From positions 73,837 through 137,836 of the forward strand of contig CAKQEW010000003.1 in assembly GCA_934230415.1 (NCBI GenBank): DNA of 64,000 nt, given 5' to 3'. The position numbers and the translations under genes were made by a program. Numbering within the stretch: position 1 is the stretch's first letter; each line of letters begins with the position of its first letter. Shown here piece after piece: positions 38,075-46,721 of the stretch. The DNA comes from an uncultured Alphaproteobacteria bacterium. GTDB taxonomy: Bacteria > Pseudomonadota > Alphaproteobacteria > Rs-D84. The notes under the pieces are model-generated. The model was not told the origin of the DNA and did no database searches. It worked only from the letters and a program-made list of their open reading frames with translations.

Positions 38075-38643
38075 TGATAACAAAATATGATACTTATTTT
38101 ATTGGAGGGATTGCGATAGTTGCGTTTTTTCTGGTGGATTTTATTTCGCCAAAAAATACAATTTTGCAAAATTTAACCGAGTGTATAGGGTGGACATCAA
38201 CCGTATGTTTGGCATCGTACGCTTTGTTTAATAAATATTTGTGGAGAAAATGGCCGATATGTAAGTTTATAAATCGTCCATATGTTGGTGGAATATGGTT
38301 TGGAAATATTCATTATAATTTTAATGGTGTTGCGGGCAAAAAAAGGGTAACAGTGCAAATTCAGCAAGATTTTTATAATATAAAAATTTGTTTAAAAACA
38401 GACATAAATTTAAGTAAAAGTTGTACAGCGGAATATTGTGCCGAAGAATCAAAAATATTTTACGTGTATAAAACGGATCCACATTCAAGAATGAAGGATA
38501 TAAACCCAGTTCAGTATGGGGCTGCACAGATAGTTATAGACCAGAATAATCTTAATAAAATTCGTATTGAGTATTGGACAGATCGTCGAACAAAAGGCTA
38601 TATGGATTTAAAGCGTGTATTGAACAATAAACGGCGTTTTTAG
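38074..38643 (+). CDS. small 2-TM protein with C-terminal beta-rich domain (candidate Cap15/SLATT-like membrane effector)
   Basis: Translationally coupled (TAATG overlap) to the NTase gene. Two N-terminal hydrophobic helices (IGGIAIVAFFLVDFI, CIGWTSTVCLASYALF) and a roughly 120-aa soluble domain. No catalytic motif. Confidence 0.45.
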   Translation: MITKYDTYFIGGIAIVAFFLVDFISPKNTILQNLTECIGWTSTVCLASYALFNKYLWRKWPICKFINRPYVGGIWFGNIHYNFNGVAGKKRVTVQIQQDFYNIKICLKTDINLSKSCTAEYCAEESKIFYVYKTDPHSRMKDINPVQYGAAQIVIDQNNLNKIRIEYWTDRRTKGYMDLKRVLNNKRRF

Positions 38644-38737
38644 AATTTTTTTGCATTTTTTTGGGGTTCTTGTTATTATGGGCATTGAATCCGATGGAAA
38701 TTGGGTTCGGGGCCGTGATAAGCCTAGTTTTAATCCG

Positions 38738-38827
38738 GTGCAGTTTTGCATCGTTATTTGATGTGGTGCAAACTGCACTGTTATCAACCCTGACTCGTAT
38801 GTCGGGGGGCTGTCTGTTATATAACAG
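38738..38827 (+). promoter_or_regulatory. structured intergenic region: 12-bp-stem hairpin plus perfect 14-bp palindrome upstream of mod
   Basis: GTGCAGTTTTGCA...TGCAAACTGCAC (38738-38778) and CTGTTATATAACAG (38814-38827). Lies between the 2TM gene and the Type III mod gene. Confidence 0.3.
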
Positions 38828-38961
38828 GGGAAACCCGAAAGCAGCAGGAATCCAGTGATTAAAACTGATTTTATCAACTCCCCGACCGTCAATTTCAAGA
38901 TTGGCGGTTGTTTTTTTAGGCCGTGTTTCCATTTGGGTTCCGAAACAAAAAGGAACGAGAT

Positions 38962-40857
38962 ATGTGGGATGGGTTGCAGGCGGTACGCAAGGAAATACAA
39001 GAATCTGTTAATACAATTCATGATAACGAAGAAATTCATGATGGGTTTCAATTACGTTTTGTGGGTAAGAGTTATGCCAAATTTGTGACCGGGTTGCCCA
39101 GCGAGACGGTCTTGGTTCCGGATAATGATTGGAATAATCAAGAAAACAATAAAGATAGCCAGAATATATTTATTACCGGTGATAATTTAGATGCGTTAAA
39201 ACATCTGGTGAATGCGTATTCCGGTGCGATTAAGATGATATATATTGACCCACCATATAATACTGGGGCGGATGGGTTTGTTTACAAGGACAGTTTTAAA
39301 TTTTCAGATGATGACCTGAAACAGAAATTAGGGTTTTCGGATACAGAGTTGGCACGTTTGCGTGCGCTGGATGGCAAGTGTTCGCATTCGGCATGGTTGA
39401 CCTTTATGCTGCCACGATTGATATTGGCAAAACGCCTGTTGTCAGACGACGGGGTGATGTTTATCAGTATTGACGATAACGAGCAGGCAAATTTGAAAAT
39501 GATTTGTGATGAGGTGTTTGGTGAGAGTAATTTTCATGTTTGTTTTCCTAGGGTAACAAAGAAAGGGGGAAAATCTTCTGATACGACAGCAAAAAATCAT
39601 GATTATGTGTTAATGTATAAAAAAACATCTTATGCAGATATTGTAGGGGTTGAACACAATGATGACTCTTATTGTAACAAAGATGAATTTTTTGATGAGA
39701 GGGGATATTATAAGTTAAATCAAACTTTAGATTATGATTCATTGGGCTGGGTTAGGTCTTTGGATTATCCGATAGAGATAGAAGGTGAAGTTTTTTATGC
39801 TGGTGGCAGCAAAGAAGAATATAAAAAGAGACAAGAGGGACAACACGGACGTGCGGACTGGGGATGGAGATGGAGTGTAGATTTATTTGATTTTGGTGTC
39901 AAGAATGGATTTATTGAAGTTAAGCGTGGTGGAGTTAGGCCACGTATTTATACAAAAACATATCAAAATGTTAAAATTGAGAAAATTAATAACAGTTATA
40001 AAATTGTCAAAATTGATAGAACTAAACCTTTGTCTACTCTTGAGTTTACAGATAATAAATATTCAAATGATTCTGCTACAAAAGTGATAGCTGAATTGTT
40101 GGGGAAAGGGGTTTTTGAGTATACAAAAGCTCCAGAATTAATATCGTCTTTGATGAAGCTTGTTGCAGGTAATGATTTTACAATCCTTGATTTCTTTGCA
40201 GGGTCGGCGACTACGGCGCAAGCGGTTATGCAGTTGAACAAGGATGACGGTGGTAATCGTAAATATATCATGGTGCAATTGAATGAAGCGGTGAAACCGG
40301 GTAGCGAGGCGGAAAATCAGGGATTTAAGACCATTGATGAAATTTCACGTAAACGTATTAAACTGGCGGCGGAACAAATTGGTGATACGTCTGGGTTTAA
40401 ACACTATAAGTTAGCCAAAGTAACCGATGATTTAATATTAGATAAAATTGATGAATTTGACCCCACAAAGCCCAATCTGTTGTCGGATGATATGGTTAGT
40501 CCGTTTTCAGGTGATGCGCTGGGGACGGGGTTAAATGCGTCTGGATTGGATACTTTATTAACCACATGGATGGTTGATGATGGATATCCGATAAATACCA
40601 AGGTTGAAGAATTTAAATTTGGAAATTATGTTGCATATTCACCGGTGGGGTCACGACGCTTGTATCTGATTTCAGATGGTTTGGATTCAAATGCCACACA
40701 AGATTTGTTGAATAAAATCGGGTGTAATGAAATCAGTGTTCAAACAATCATTATTTATAATCATTCGTTTAATTTTACGATGCTGACCGAGTTAAAAAAT
40801 AACCTGAAGCATGTGTTGGATGATGATAAAAAGATTGAAATTATAGAGAGATTTTAA
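38962..40857 (+). CDS. mod: Type III restriction-modification methyltransferase (Mod, N6-adenine, beta class)
   Basis: DPPYN catalytic motif (IYIDPPYNTGADGFVYKD). SAM-binding FxGxG-like motif (LDFFAGSATTAQAV). Central variable target-recognition region. ATG 38962 with AAGGAA RBS; the tracked ORF starts at an upstream GTG. Confidence 0.8.
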   Translation: MWDGLQAVRKEIQESVNTIHDNEEIHDGFQLRFVGKSYAKFVTGLPSETVLVPDNDWNNQENNKDSQNIFITGDNLDALKHLVNAYSGAIKMIYIDPPYNTGADGFVYKDSFKFSDDDLKQKLGFSDTELARLRALDGKCSHSAWLTFMLPRLILAKRLLSDDGVMFISIDDNEQANLKMICDEVFGESNFHVCFPRVTKKGGKSSDTTAKNHDYVLMYKKTSYADIVGVEHNDDSYCNKDEFFDERGYYKLNQTLDYDSLGWVRSLDYPIEIEGEVFYAGGSKEEYKKRQEGQHGRADWGWRWSVDLFDFGVKNGFIEVKRGGVRPRIYTKTYQNVKIEKINNSYKIVKIDRTKPLSTLEFTDNKYSNDSATKVIAELLGKGVFEYTKAPELISSLMKLVAGNDFTILDFFAGSATTAQAVMQLNKDDGGNRKYIMVQLNEAVKPGSEAENQGFKTIDEISRKRIKLAAEQIGDTSGFKHYKLAKVTDDLILDKIDEFDPTKPNLLSDDMVSPFSGDALGTGLNASGLDTLLTTWMVDDGYPINTKVEEFKFGNYVAYSPVGSRRLYLISDGLDSNATQDLLNKIGCNEISVQTIIIYNHSFNFTMLTELKNNLKHVLDDDKKIEIIERF

Positions 40858-40860
40858 CCG

Positions 40861-43647
40861 ATGAAAAAGCATTTGGAACAATTACCACATCAAGAAGATG
40901 CGATTAAAGCGATAATGGATGCGATGCAAGGATGTCGTGATATTGATAATAATACCGATGTTTATGCAAATCCAAACATTAGTGTAAAGTCAGGGATTGA
41001 TGTGAAAATGGAAACAGGGACGGGTAAGACGTATGTTTATACCCGTATGATGTTCGAGATGTTTCAAAAATACGGAATTAGTAAATTTATTATATTTGTT
41101 CCTTCATTGGCGATTAAAGAAGGCACTAAGTCGTTTATAATGGCTGATTACAGTCGGCAACATTTTTCAGAATTATATGAGAATGTGCATATTGATTTGG
41201 ATGTTATTAATGCAGGTGATTTTAATACTAAAAGGGGTCGCAAAACAATACCGTCTGCGTTAATGGATTTCTTGGAAGGGACACGGAACGACCATAAAAG
41301 CATAAAATGTTTATTGTTGAATGATGCGATGTTGACCAGTAAGTCAATGACCCGTGATGACTATGACCAAACGTTGATAAATTCTTGTTCGTGTCCGATT
41401 GAATCAATTAAGATGACCAGACCGGTGGTTATTATTGATGAACCACACAGGTTTAATAAAAATGGCAAGGCATGGACAGCAATACAGCAATTAAAACCAC
41501 AGTTGATTGTCCGTTTTGGGGCGACTTTCCCGATGATTCAAATAGGTACAGGCAGAAACAAGGTTATAAAGAAGGATTATGATAATCTGGTGTATGACCT
41601 GAATGCGATACAGGCGTTTAATGAAAATCTTGTTAAGGGAATTAATGTTTTGTTTCCAGAGATAGATGCCGTAGATGCAGCATATAAATACAAGGTAAAA
41701 TCAGTTAGTGATAAAAAACTGGTTTTGAATGATGGACGGGCAGACTATGAATTGAAGATAGGTGATAAGTTGCCGGCTGATTTTGAAGGCGGATTGAATT
41801 ATGAAGGTAAAAAAGTGCTGTCAAATGACCTTGAATTGTCAGAAGGGATGGTGTTGATTCCAAAATTGTTTTCGTGTTCATATCAAGAATTATTATTAAA
41901 TCAGGCCATTAATGCACACTTTATGGCGGAACGTGAAAACTGGATACGTGAAAATTCAGGGGTGAATCCAGCTAGGATTAAAACACTTTCGTTGTTCTTT
42001 ATTGATGATATCAAATCGTATCGGTCGGATGATGGGTGGTTAAAATTGACTTTTGAACGCCTGTTAAGAAAAAAGTTAACTGAATTAATAGAAAAAGAAA
42101 CGGTTGCAGAATATAAACAATTTTTACAGGAAAGCTTGAATCATATACCAGAGACACACGGTGGATATTTTGCCGAAGATACAGGTAAAACAGGTGATGA
42201 AGCGATACAGGCAGAAGTGGATGATATCTTGCGTAGTGGGCAAAAATTGTTGCAGTTTAAGGATGCGTCAGGTAATTGGATATTACGCCGATTTTTGTTT
42301 TCAAAGTGGACATTGCGCGAAGGGTGGGATAACACAAATGTGTTCACGATTACCAAACTTAGAACCAGCGGCAGTGAAAATAGTAAAATACAAGAGGTTG
42401 GGCGTGGACTGCGTTTGCCGGTTGATGAAACTGGGAAAAGATTGTCTGATGACGATTTTAGATTGAATTTTATCGTGGATTGGTCTGAAAAGGAATTTGC
42501 AGAAAAACTGCGTTCAGAAATCAATGGTGATGGTGGTGTTGTGGATTCAATGAAGATAACGGATGTTATATTAAATGCACTAGTATCACGAAAATATGCG
42601 GATAATACGGCTGTTGCAAAGGCTAAATTATTGATAGACGGTATTATTGACACTAATGATGCGATATTAAAGGTTGAAGAGCTGTTAAAACTGTTGCCGG
42701 AACAATTCCAATTAAAGAAAAATGCGATTATTACTAATCACTTGGGAAAGAGTGTCGTAAAGCTGAGAAAGAATAATTGGATGCCGCTAAAAGAACTGTG
42801 GGGACGTGTTGTTCGCCGGTATATGATTAAGTATGATAATATTTCGCTCGATGATTTGTTAGAAATGGCAAAAGGGGCAGTGGAAGACAGTTTTACACCG
42901 GCTTTTGGTCGTGTTAAATGTTATATATTGGAAGAACAGGATGGGCAAATGATTGTAAAGTCAACAATCGTTGATACCAGAATTCCATTGGATAAGATAT
43001 CGTATGGCTTGTTTATTCAAAAGCTTTCAAAGCGGACACAGGTTGCGGTAAATGTTTGGCATCAGGCTATGTGTGAAAAGTATCCAAATGGTCTAAAATC
43101 AGATGATTTTAATGTTCAGAGCTTAGAAAATATCATAAATAAATTTTTGAAATCTTTTGCGGATGTGTTTGCACAACGGTTTGAATACAGTTCGTTGGAA
43201 TTTACTGCAAATACCAGTTTGATAAAAAATGGCGAGTTTGTAGATGAAGTTCCACAGGGTGCGCTGGGGACACATTTGGCGGAAGATGCCTGTGTTGAAA
43301 GTTGTTATATGTATGACAAAAAGTGTTATGACACAGAGCCAGAACACGAGATATTAAAATTACAGCCACATGGGGTTGTGACTGCATTTGGTAAGTTGCC
43401 TAGACGTTCTATTAAGGTGCCGTTGTATACGGGTGGGACAGCATCGCCGGACTTTGTGTATGCCATAGAAAGCGATAATGGTGTGAAATTGAACCTGCTG
43501 GTTGAGGTTAAGGCGGATAATGAGCGGCGTAGCGATTCAATTATCACCAAGAGCCAGCAAGAGTTCTTTAGGCAAATAAAAGGTGTTGAATGGCGCAAGG
43601 TTGTCAAGGCTGATGATTTGCGAAGTGCGATAGAAAAATTGGTTTAG
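40861..43647 (+). CDS. res: Type III restriction enzyme Res subunit (SF2 helicase plus PD-(D/E)xK nuclease)
   Basis: 928 aa. Helicase motif I (METGTGKTYV), DEAH-like motif II (VVIIDEPHRF), motif VI region, C-terminal endonuclease segment. Immediately follows mod with a 3-nt gap. Confidence 0.8.
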   Translation: MKKHLEQLPHQEDAIKAIMDAMQGCRDIDNNTDVYANPNISVKSGIDVKMETGTGKTYVYTRMMFEMFQKYGISKFIIFVPSLAIKEGTKSFIMADYSRQHFSELYENVHIDLDVINAGDFNTKRGRKTIPSALMDFLEGTRNDHKSIKCLLLNDAMLTSKSMTRDDYDQTLINSCSCPIESIKMTRPVVIIDEPHRFNKNGKAWTAIQQLKPQLIVRFGATFPMIQIGTGRNKVIKKDYDNLVYDLNAIQAFNENLVKGINVLFPEIDAVDAAYKYKVKSVSDKKLVLNDGRADYELKIGDKLPADFEGGLNYEGKKVLSNDLELSEGMVLIPKLFSCSYQELLLNQAINAHFMAERENWIRENSGVNPARIKTLSLFFIDDIKSYRSDDGWLKLTFERLLRKKLTELIEKETVAEYKQFLQESLNHIPETHGGYFAEDTGKTGDEAIQAEVDDILRSGQKLLQFKDASGNWILRRFLFSKWTLREGWDNTNVFTITKLRTSGSENSKIQEVGRGLRLPVDETGKRLSDDDFRLNFIVDWSEKEFAEKLRSEINGDGGVVDSMKITDVILNALVSRKYADNTAVAKAKLLIDGIIDTNDAILKVEELLKLLPEQFQLKKNAIITNHLGKSVVKLRKNNWMPLKELWGRVVRRYMIKYDNISLDDLLEMAKGAVEDSFTPAFGRVKCYILEEQDGQMIVKSTIVDTRIPLDKISYGLFIQKLSKRTQVAVNVWHQAMCEKYPNGLKSDDFNVQSLENIINKFLKSFADVFAQRFEYSSLEFTANTSLIKNGEFVDEVPQGALGTHLAEDACVESCYMYDKKCYDTEPEHEILKLQPHGVVTAFGKLPRRSIKVPLYTGGTASPDFVYAIESDNGVKLNLLVEVKADNERRSDSIITKSQQEFFRQIKGVEWRKVVKADDLRSAIEKLV

Positions 43648-44303
43648 TCCGAATATACATCTGTGGCGGTTTCGCGTGATTGCATATTTGGATTAAATCC
43701 GTATTTGTTTCCATGCCCGTTGCGTTCTTCGGCGATTGTTTTCTTGATATCTGCTGTTTCTATGGCGAGACTAATTGACCGCCATTTGCGAACAAGTCGT
43801 TCAATACAATGTGTTTTGCGAATTTGTAAGAAATAGTTGATGTCATAAACGGTTTTTCGTTCACGCCAGTGTGTAATTTTATTATGCTTTCGTTGTGGTG
43901 GCAGGTTACTGTTTTGAAGCTCAAGAATCTTTTGGTCGCAAATTTCCATTTGCTCTAAAAACCATTGTTCGGTTTTGTAACATCGTTGAATTTTATTTTC
44001 GTATCTGTCCAGTAATTCAAACGCATCACGTTGTTTTATTTTTCCATCTGCACGTATACGAATGTCATCTGCTTCTAGTTCTTGCCATTCTTTCTTGTGT
44101 TTGGCGTCGTTTAGTGCGGTTTGTATGAATTTTTGTTCGTATTGCTGTTGAAAGCGTTTCAGAAAATCGGACTGGGTCTGTGATGCGGTTTCAAACAATT
44201 TTCCAATGTCTGTGTAGGCAAATTCGTCTGCAGGTTGAAAAGAGTTATTTTGCATAGATTTGGCATATTCTTGGTAAATGTCGTGATTTTGTTGCAGTGT
44301 CAT
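43644..44303 (-). CDS. hypothetical protein (219 aa), island-encoded
   Basis: Convergent with res, and the two stop codons overlap by 4 nt. Q/E/K-rich, no recognisable motif. Confidence 0.4.
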   Translation of the reverse strand: MTLQQNHDIYQEYAKSMQNNSFQPADEFAYTDIGKLFETASQTQSDFLKRFQQQYEQKFIQTALNDAKHKKEWQELEADDIRIRADGKIKQRDAFELLDRYENKIQRCYKTEQWFLEQMEICDQKILELQNSNLPPQRKHNKITHWRERKTVYDINYFLQIRKTHCIERLVRKWRSISLAIETADIKKTIAEERNGHGNKYGFNPNMQSRETATDVYSD

Positions 44304-44434
44304 TTTTTGTATCCTTTCCGGGGCGCACGGGTTGATAAATGATTTAATAAAAAATGATATATGTGTGTTGTTTGGGTATGTAAAATATTGACATGGTTAT
44401 GCCTTTTGTTTTCGAGTGATTATGAGTGTTCTGT

Positions 44435-44629
44435 TTATGGGTTAGGTATGTGCAGATTATTTTCAATCCATGTGTCTAAATCAGCTTTGCGATATCTTAT
44501 GCGGTTACCCCAGCGGACAAATGGAATGGTATTTTTACCATAGTGTCGCCAACAATTAAGTGTTCCGACAGTTGTTCCAAGGTATTTAGCGGCCTGTGCC
44601 TGTGTCATTAAAATAGTGTCTGTGTTCAT
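44435..44629 (-). CDS. alpA: AlpA-family phage/island excisionase-transcriptional regulator (MerR-like wHTH)
   Basis: 64 aa. ILMTQAQAAKYLGTTVGTLNCWRHYGKNTIPFVRWGNRIRYRKADLDTWIENN matches the AlpA/Xis pattern (L....E....G.S..T....R..G.FP.P...G.R...W...D...W). Confidence 0.6.
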   Translation of the reverse strand: MNTDTILMTQAQAAKYLGTTVGTLNCWRHYGKNTIPFVRWGNRIRYRKADLDTWIENNLHIPNP

Positions 44630-44743
44630 GTCTTTCCGTTTCTTTTAAATCTGATTAAATCTTGCTGCGTGTTGGTAATAAAAACAAGTGCAAGCATAGC
44701 TTGCACAAATTGTTATCTTGATGAATTTACATGGTATTTTTTA

Positions 44744-45484
44744 TTAAATTTTGTTTAATGTTTTGAGTGCAGATAATACGTGTTCTGAATCGTTTTCTGA
44801 TAGAAAGCAGTGTTCTTGGATGTATAAAATCTGTTCATCGTGTGGCTTGTTTTTTATAATTTCATAATGTTTATCTTTTAATATTTTTGAAATGGCTTTG
44901 TTTTGTCTGTTTTGTGGTGTGTGAATTATGTGTCCGCCGGCAATGTATTTTGCTTGTTTTTGTATTATTTGGTTAATTTCGGTTATGTCGGCTATAATGC
45001 TACCAAACACGAAAAAGTCGTTGTTGTGAATTGATTTTATAAGTTCTGGTAGCAGGGCAAAAATACATCCCGCCAGTAATGTTTCAGGCATCGCTTTAAA
45101 ATGCTTTTTAAATGTGCGTCGTAATGACGTATAAGATGATTTGTTTATTTGCCAGATGTATTCGGGTGTTTTTATTTGATTGTTTTTGCTTTTGTTGTTC
45201 TTGTAGAACCAGTGGGTGATAGCAATGCGGGTGTAATAATATATTGTGTGTTGTGGGATGTCGTTTGGTTCAATTTTCGGTAGTGTTGAAATTAACAAAA
45301 GACAGGACTTCAGTAGTGTATTTATGTGTGTAAGTTCGTCAGGGGTAAGGTCTGAATTGAATGTATATGCTTTTTGAAAGATTGTGCGGTATGCGTTTAA
45401 CACAGGGGTTTGTATGGTGTGTAATGCTGGATATTTAATAAATATTGTGCTTACATTATTAATGTTAAAATTTTCGTATTTCAT
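44744..45484 (-). CDS. hypothetical protein with AraC-like HTH-resembling segment
   Basis: Start placed at MKYENF (AAGGAT RBS). Segment SSYTSLRRTFKKHFKAMPETLLAGCIFALL resembles the AraC-family signature (S.S.L.R.FKK..G.SP..Y......). Very AT-rich. Confidence 0.35.
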   Translation of the reverse strand: MKYENFNINNVSTIFIKYPALHTIQTPVLNAYRTIFQKAYTFNSDLTPDELTHINTLLKSCLLLISTLPKIEPNDIPQHTIYYYTRIAITHWFYKNNKSKNNQIKTPEYIWQINKSSYTSLRRTFKKHFKAMPETLLAGCIFALLPELIKSIHNNDFFVFGSIIADITEINQIIQKQAKYIAGGHIIHTPQNRQNKAISKILKDKHYEIIKNKPHDEQILYIQEHCFLSENDSEHVLSALKTLNKI

Positions 45485-45558
45485 ACGTATCCTTTTTGCG
45501 AAATATACTAGGTATTGCCGGGATTGCAAGGTTTTTGCTTAATAACAATTAGTGTTGT

Positions 45559-45588
45559 TGGTAGCAAATAGGTAGCAAAAAGGTAAAA
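45559..45588 (+). repeat. GGTAGCAAA arm-type repeats near the right island end
   Basis: GGTAGCAAATAGGTAGCAAAAAGGTAAAAG. Same motif as 34837..34886. Confidence 0.45.
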
Positions 45589-45626
45589 GCGGGGTGGTTT
45601 TTAGGGTGTAAAAAAGCATTAAAAAA

Positions 45627-45649
45627 GCCCAGAAAACTGGGCGGAATCT
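45627..45649 (-). terminator. terminator downstream of tRNA-fMet
   Basis: On the minus strand, GCCCAGTTTTCTGGGC hairpin followed by TTTTTT immediately 3' of the tRNA. Confidence 0.5.
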
Positions 45650-45726
<77 letters not shown>

Positions 45727-45926
45727 ATGAACAGGGGCTATTATATATCAATGTATCGGTATGTCAAATAAATTTTATGTTTTTTATGATTTTGTGCCGG
45801 CGGGTACGGTGTTTGGTATTGGGGCGGTGGTTTTTGGGTGGTGTGTGGCGGTATTTATGCCTAATGCAGTGTTGAAATATGTTTTTTTTGTTGCTATTAT
45901 CCACTTGATTTATCCAAGGGTGTATA

Positions 45927-46718
45927 ATGAGTAAGACGTTTAGAAAATTATGGAAAGGGTTCTGGGAACCAGTATTACATTTGCCGATTATTCAATGGTT
46001 GGTTGCCGGATTAATGGCGACATGTATTTGGTTTGCGTACCTGACATCATGGCGTAAAATCACGAATTATCAGGTGTTTAAAAAATACCGCCGCCGGCCG
46101 GCAATATTTGTGTTCTGGCATGGGCGCAGTATGATGTTGTCGCCGATAATCTGTGTTGGTGGTATGCGTGCGTATGCGGTTGCATCACGGCACATTGATG
46201 GTCGCATGATGGCAAAGTTACAGCGCCTGTTCGGGTTAAAACCAATTTATGGCAGTACGTCTGATGGTGGAATATCTGTGTTGCGCCAGGGCGTGCGCGT
46301 GTTGCGCGATGGGCGGTATTCACTGTGTATTTCGCCCGATGGACCGGGTGGGCCATCTTTGCGCGTTCAAGAAGGTGCATTGTATTTTGCGAAAATGACC
46401 GGTGCGCCGATTATACCGGTGTGTTTTTCATCGTCGCGTGCATGGTTCCAGAAACGCTGGGATCGGTATTTAATCGCATTGCCTTTTTCACGCATTACGT
46501 GTCATGTTGGTGAACCTATATTTATTGACAAGAAAATCAGCGCCACTGATTTTGAGGCGACACGTAAACGCCTGGAAGATATCATGGTGCGCCAGGTACG
46601 CGAAATGGACGGCGAATTTGATTTATTCCGCGTGGAACAAGACCTGACCGCCAGTGAATTTAAACAAAAACTGCGCGATGAACGCGCGGCACGGAAAAAT
46701 GCCAGACGGAGAAAATAA
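45927..46718 (+). CDS. DUF374-like lysophospholipid/lipid A-associated acyltransferase family protein
   Basis: 263 aa with an N-terminal TM segment. Positioned immediately upstream of lpxK, as DUF374 genes commonly are in alphaproteobacteria. Assignment is by context and general similarity only. Confidence 0.5.
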   Translation: MSKTFRKLWKGFWEPVLHLPIIQWLVAGLMATCIWFAYLTSWRKITNYQVFKKYRRRPAIFVFWHGRSMMLSPIICVGGMRAYAVASRHIDGRMMAKLQRLFGLKPIYGSTSDGGISVLRQGVRVLRDGRYSLCISPDGPGGPSLRVQEGALYFAKMTGAPIIPVCFSSSRAWFQKRWDRYLIALPFSRITCHVGEPIFIDKKISATDFEATRKRLEDIMVRQVREMDGEFDLFRVEQDLTASEFKQKLRDERAARKNARRRK

Positions 46719-46721
46719 GTC

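Noticed and set aside
38661-38858. 65-aa ORF in the spacer between the 2-TM gene and mod
   Set aside because: The ORF spans the 12-bp-stem hairpin and the 14-bp palindrome, and its reading frame is a by-product of those structures. It has no RBS. A regulatory or RNA interpretation is preferred.
38962-39200. Simple-sequence repeat tract for phase variation in the Type III mod gene
   Set aside because: I scanned the 5' region and the whole gene by eye. No homopolymer of 8 or more and no tetra- or pentanucleotide repeat arrays were seen.
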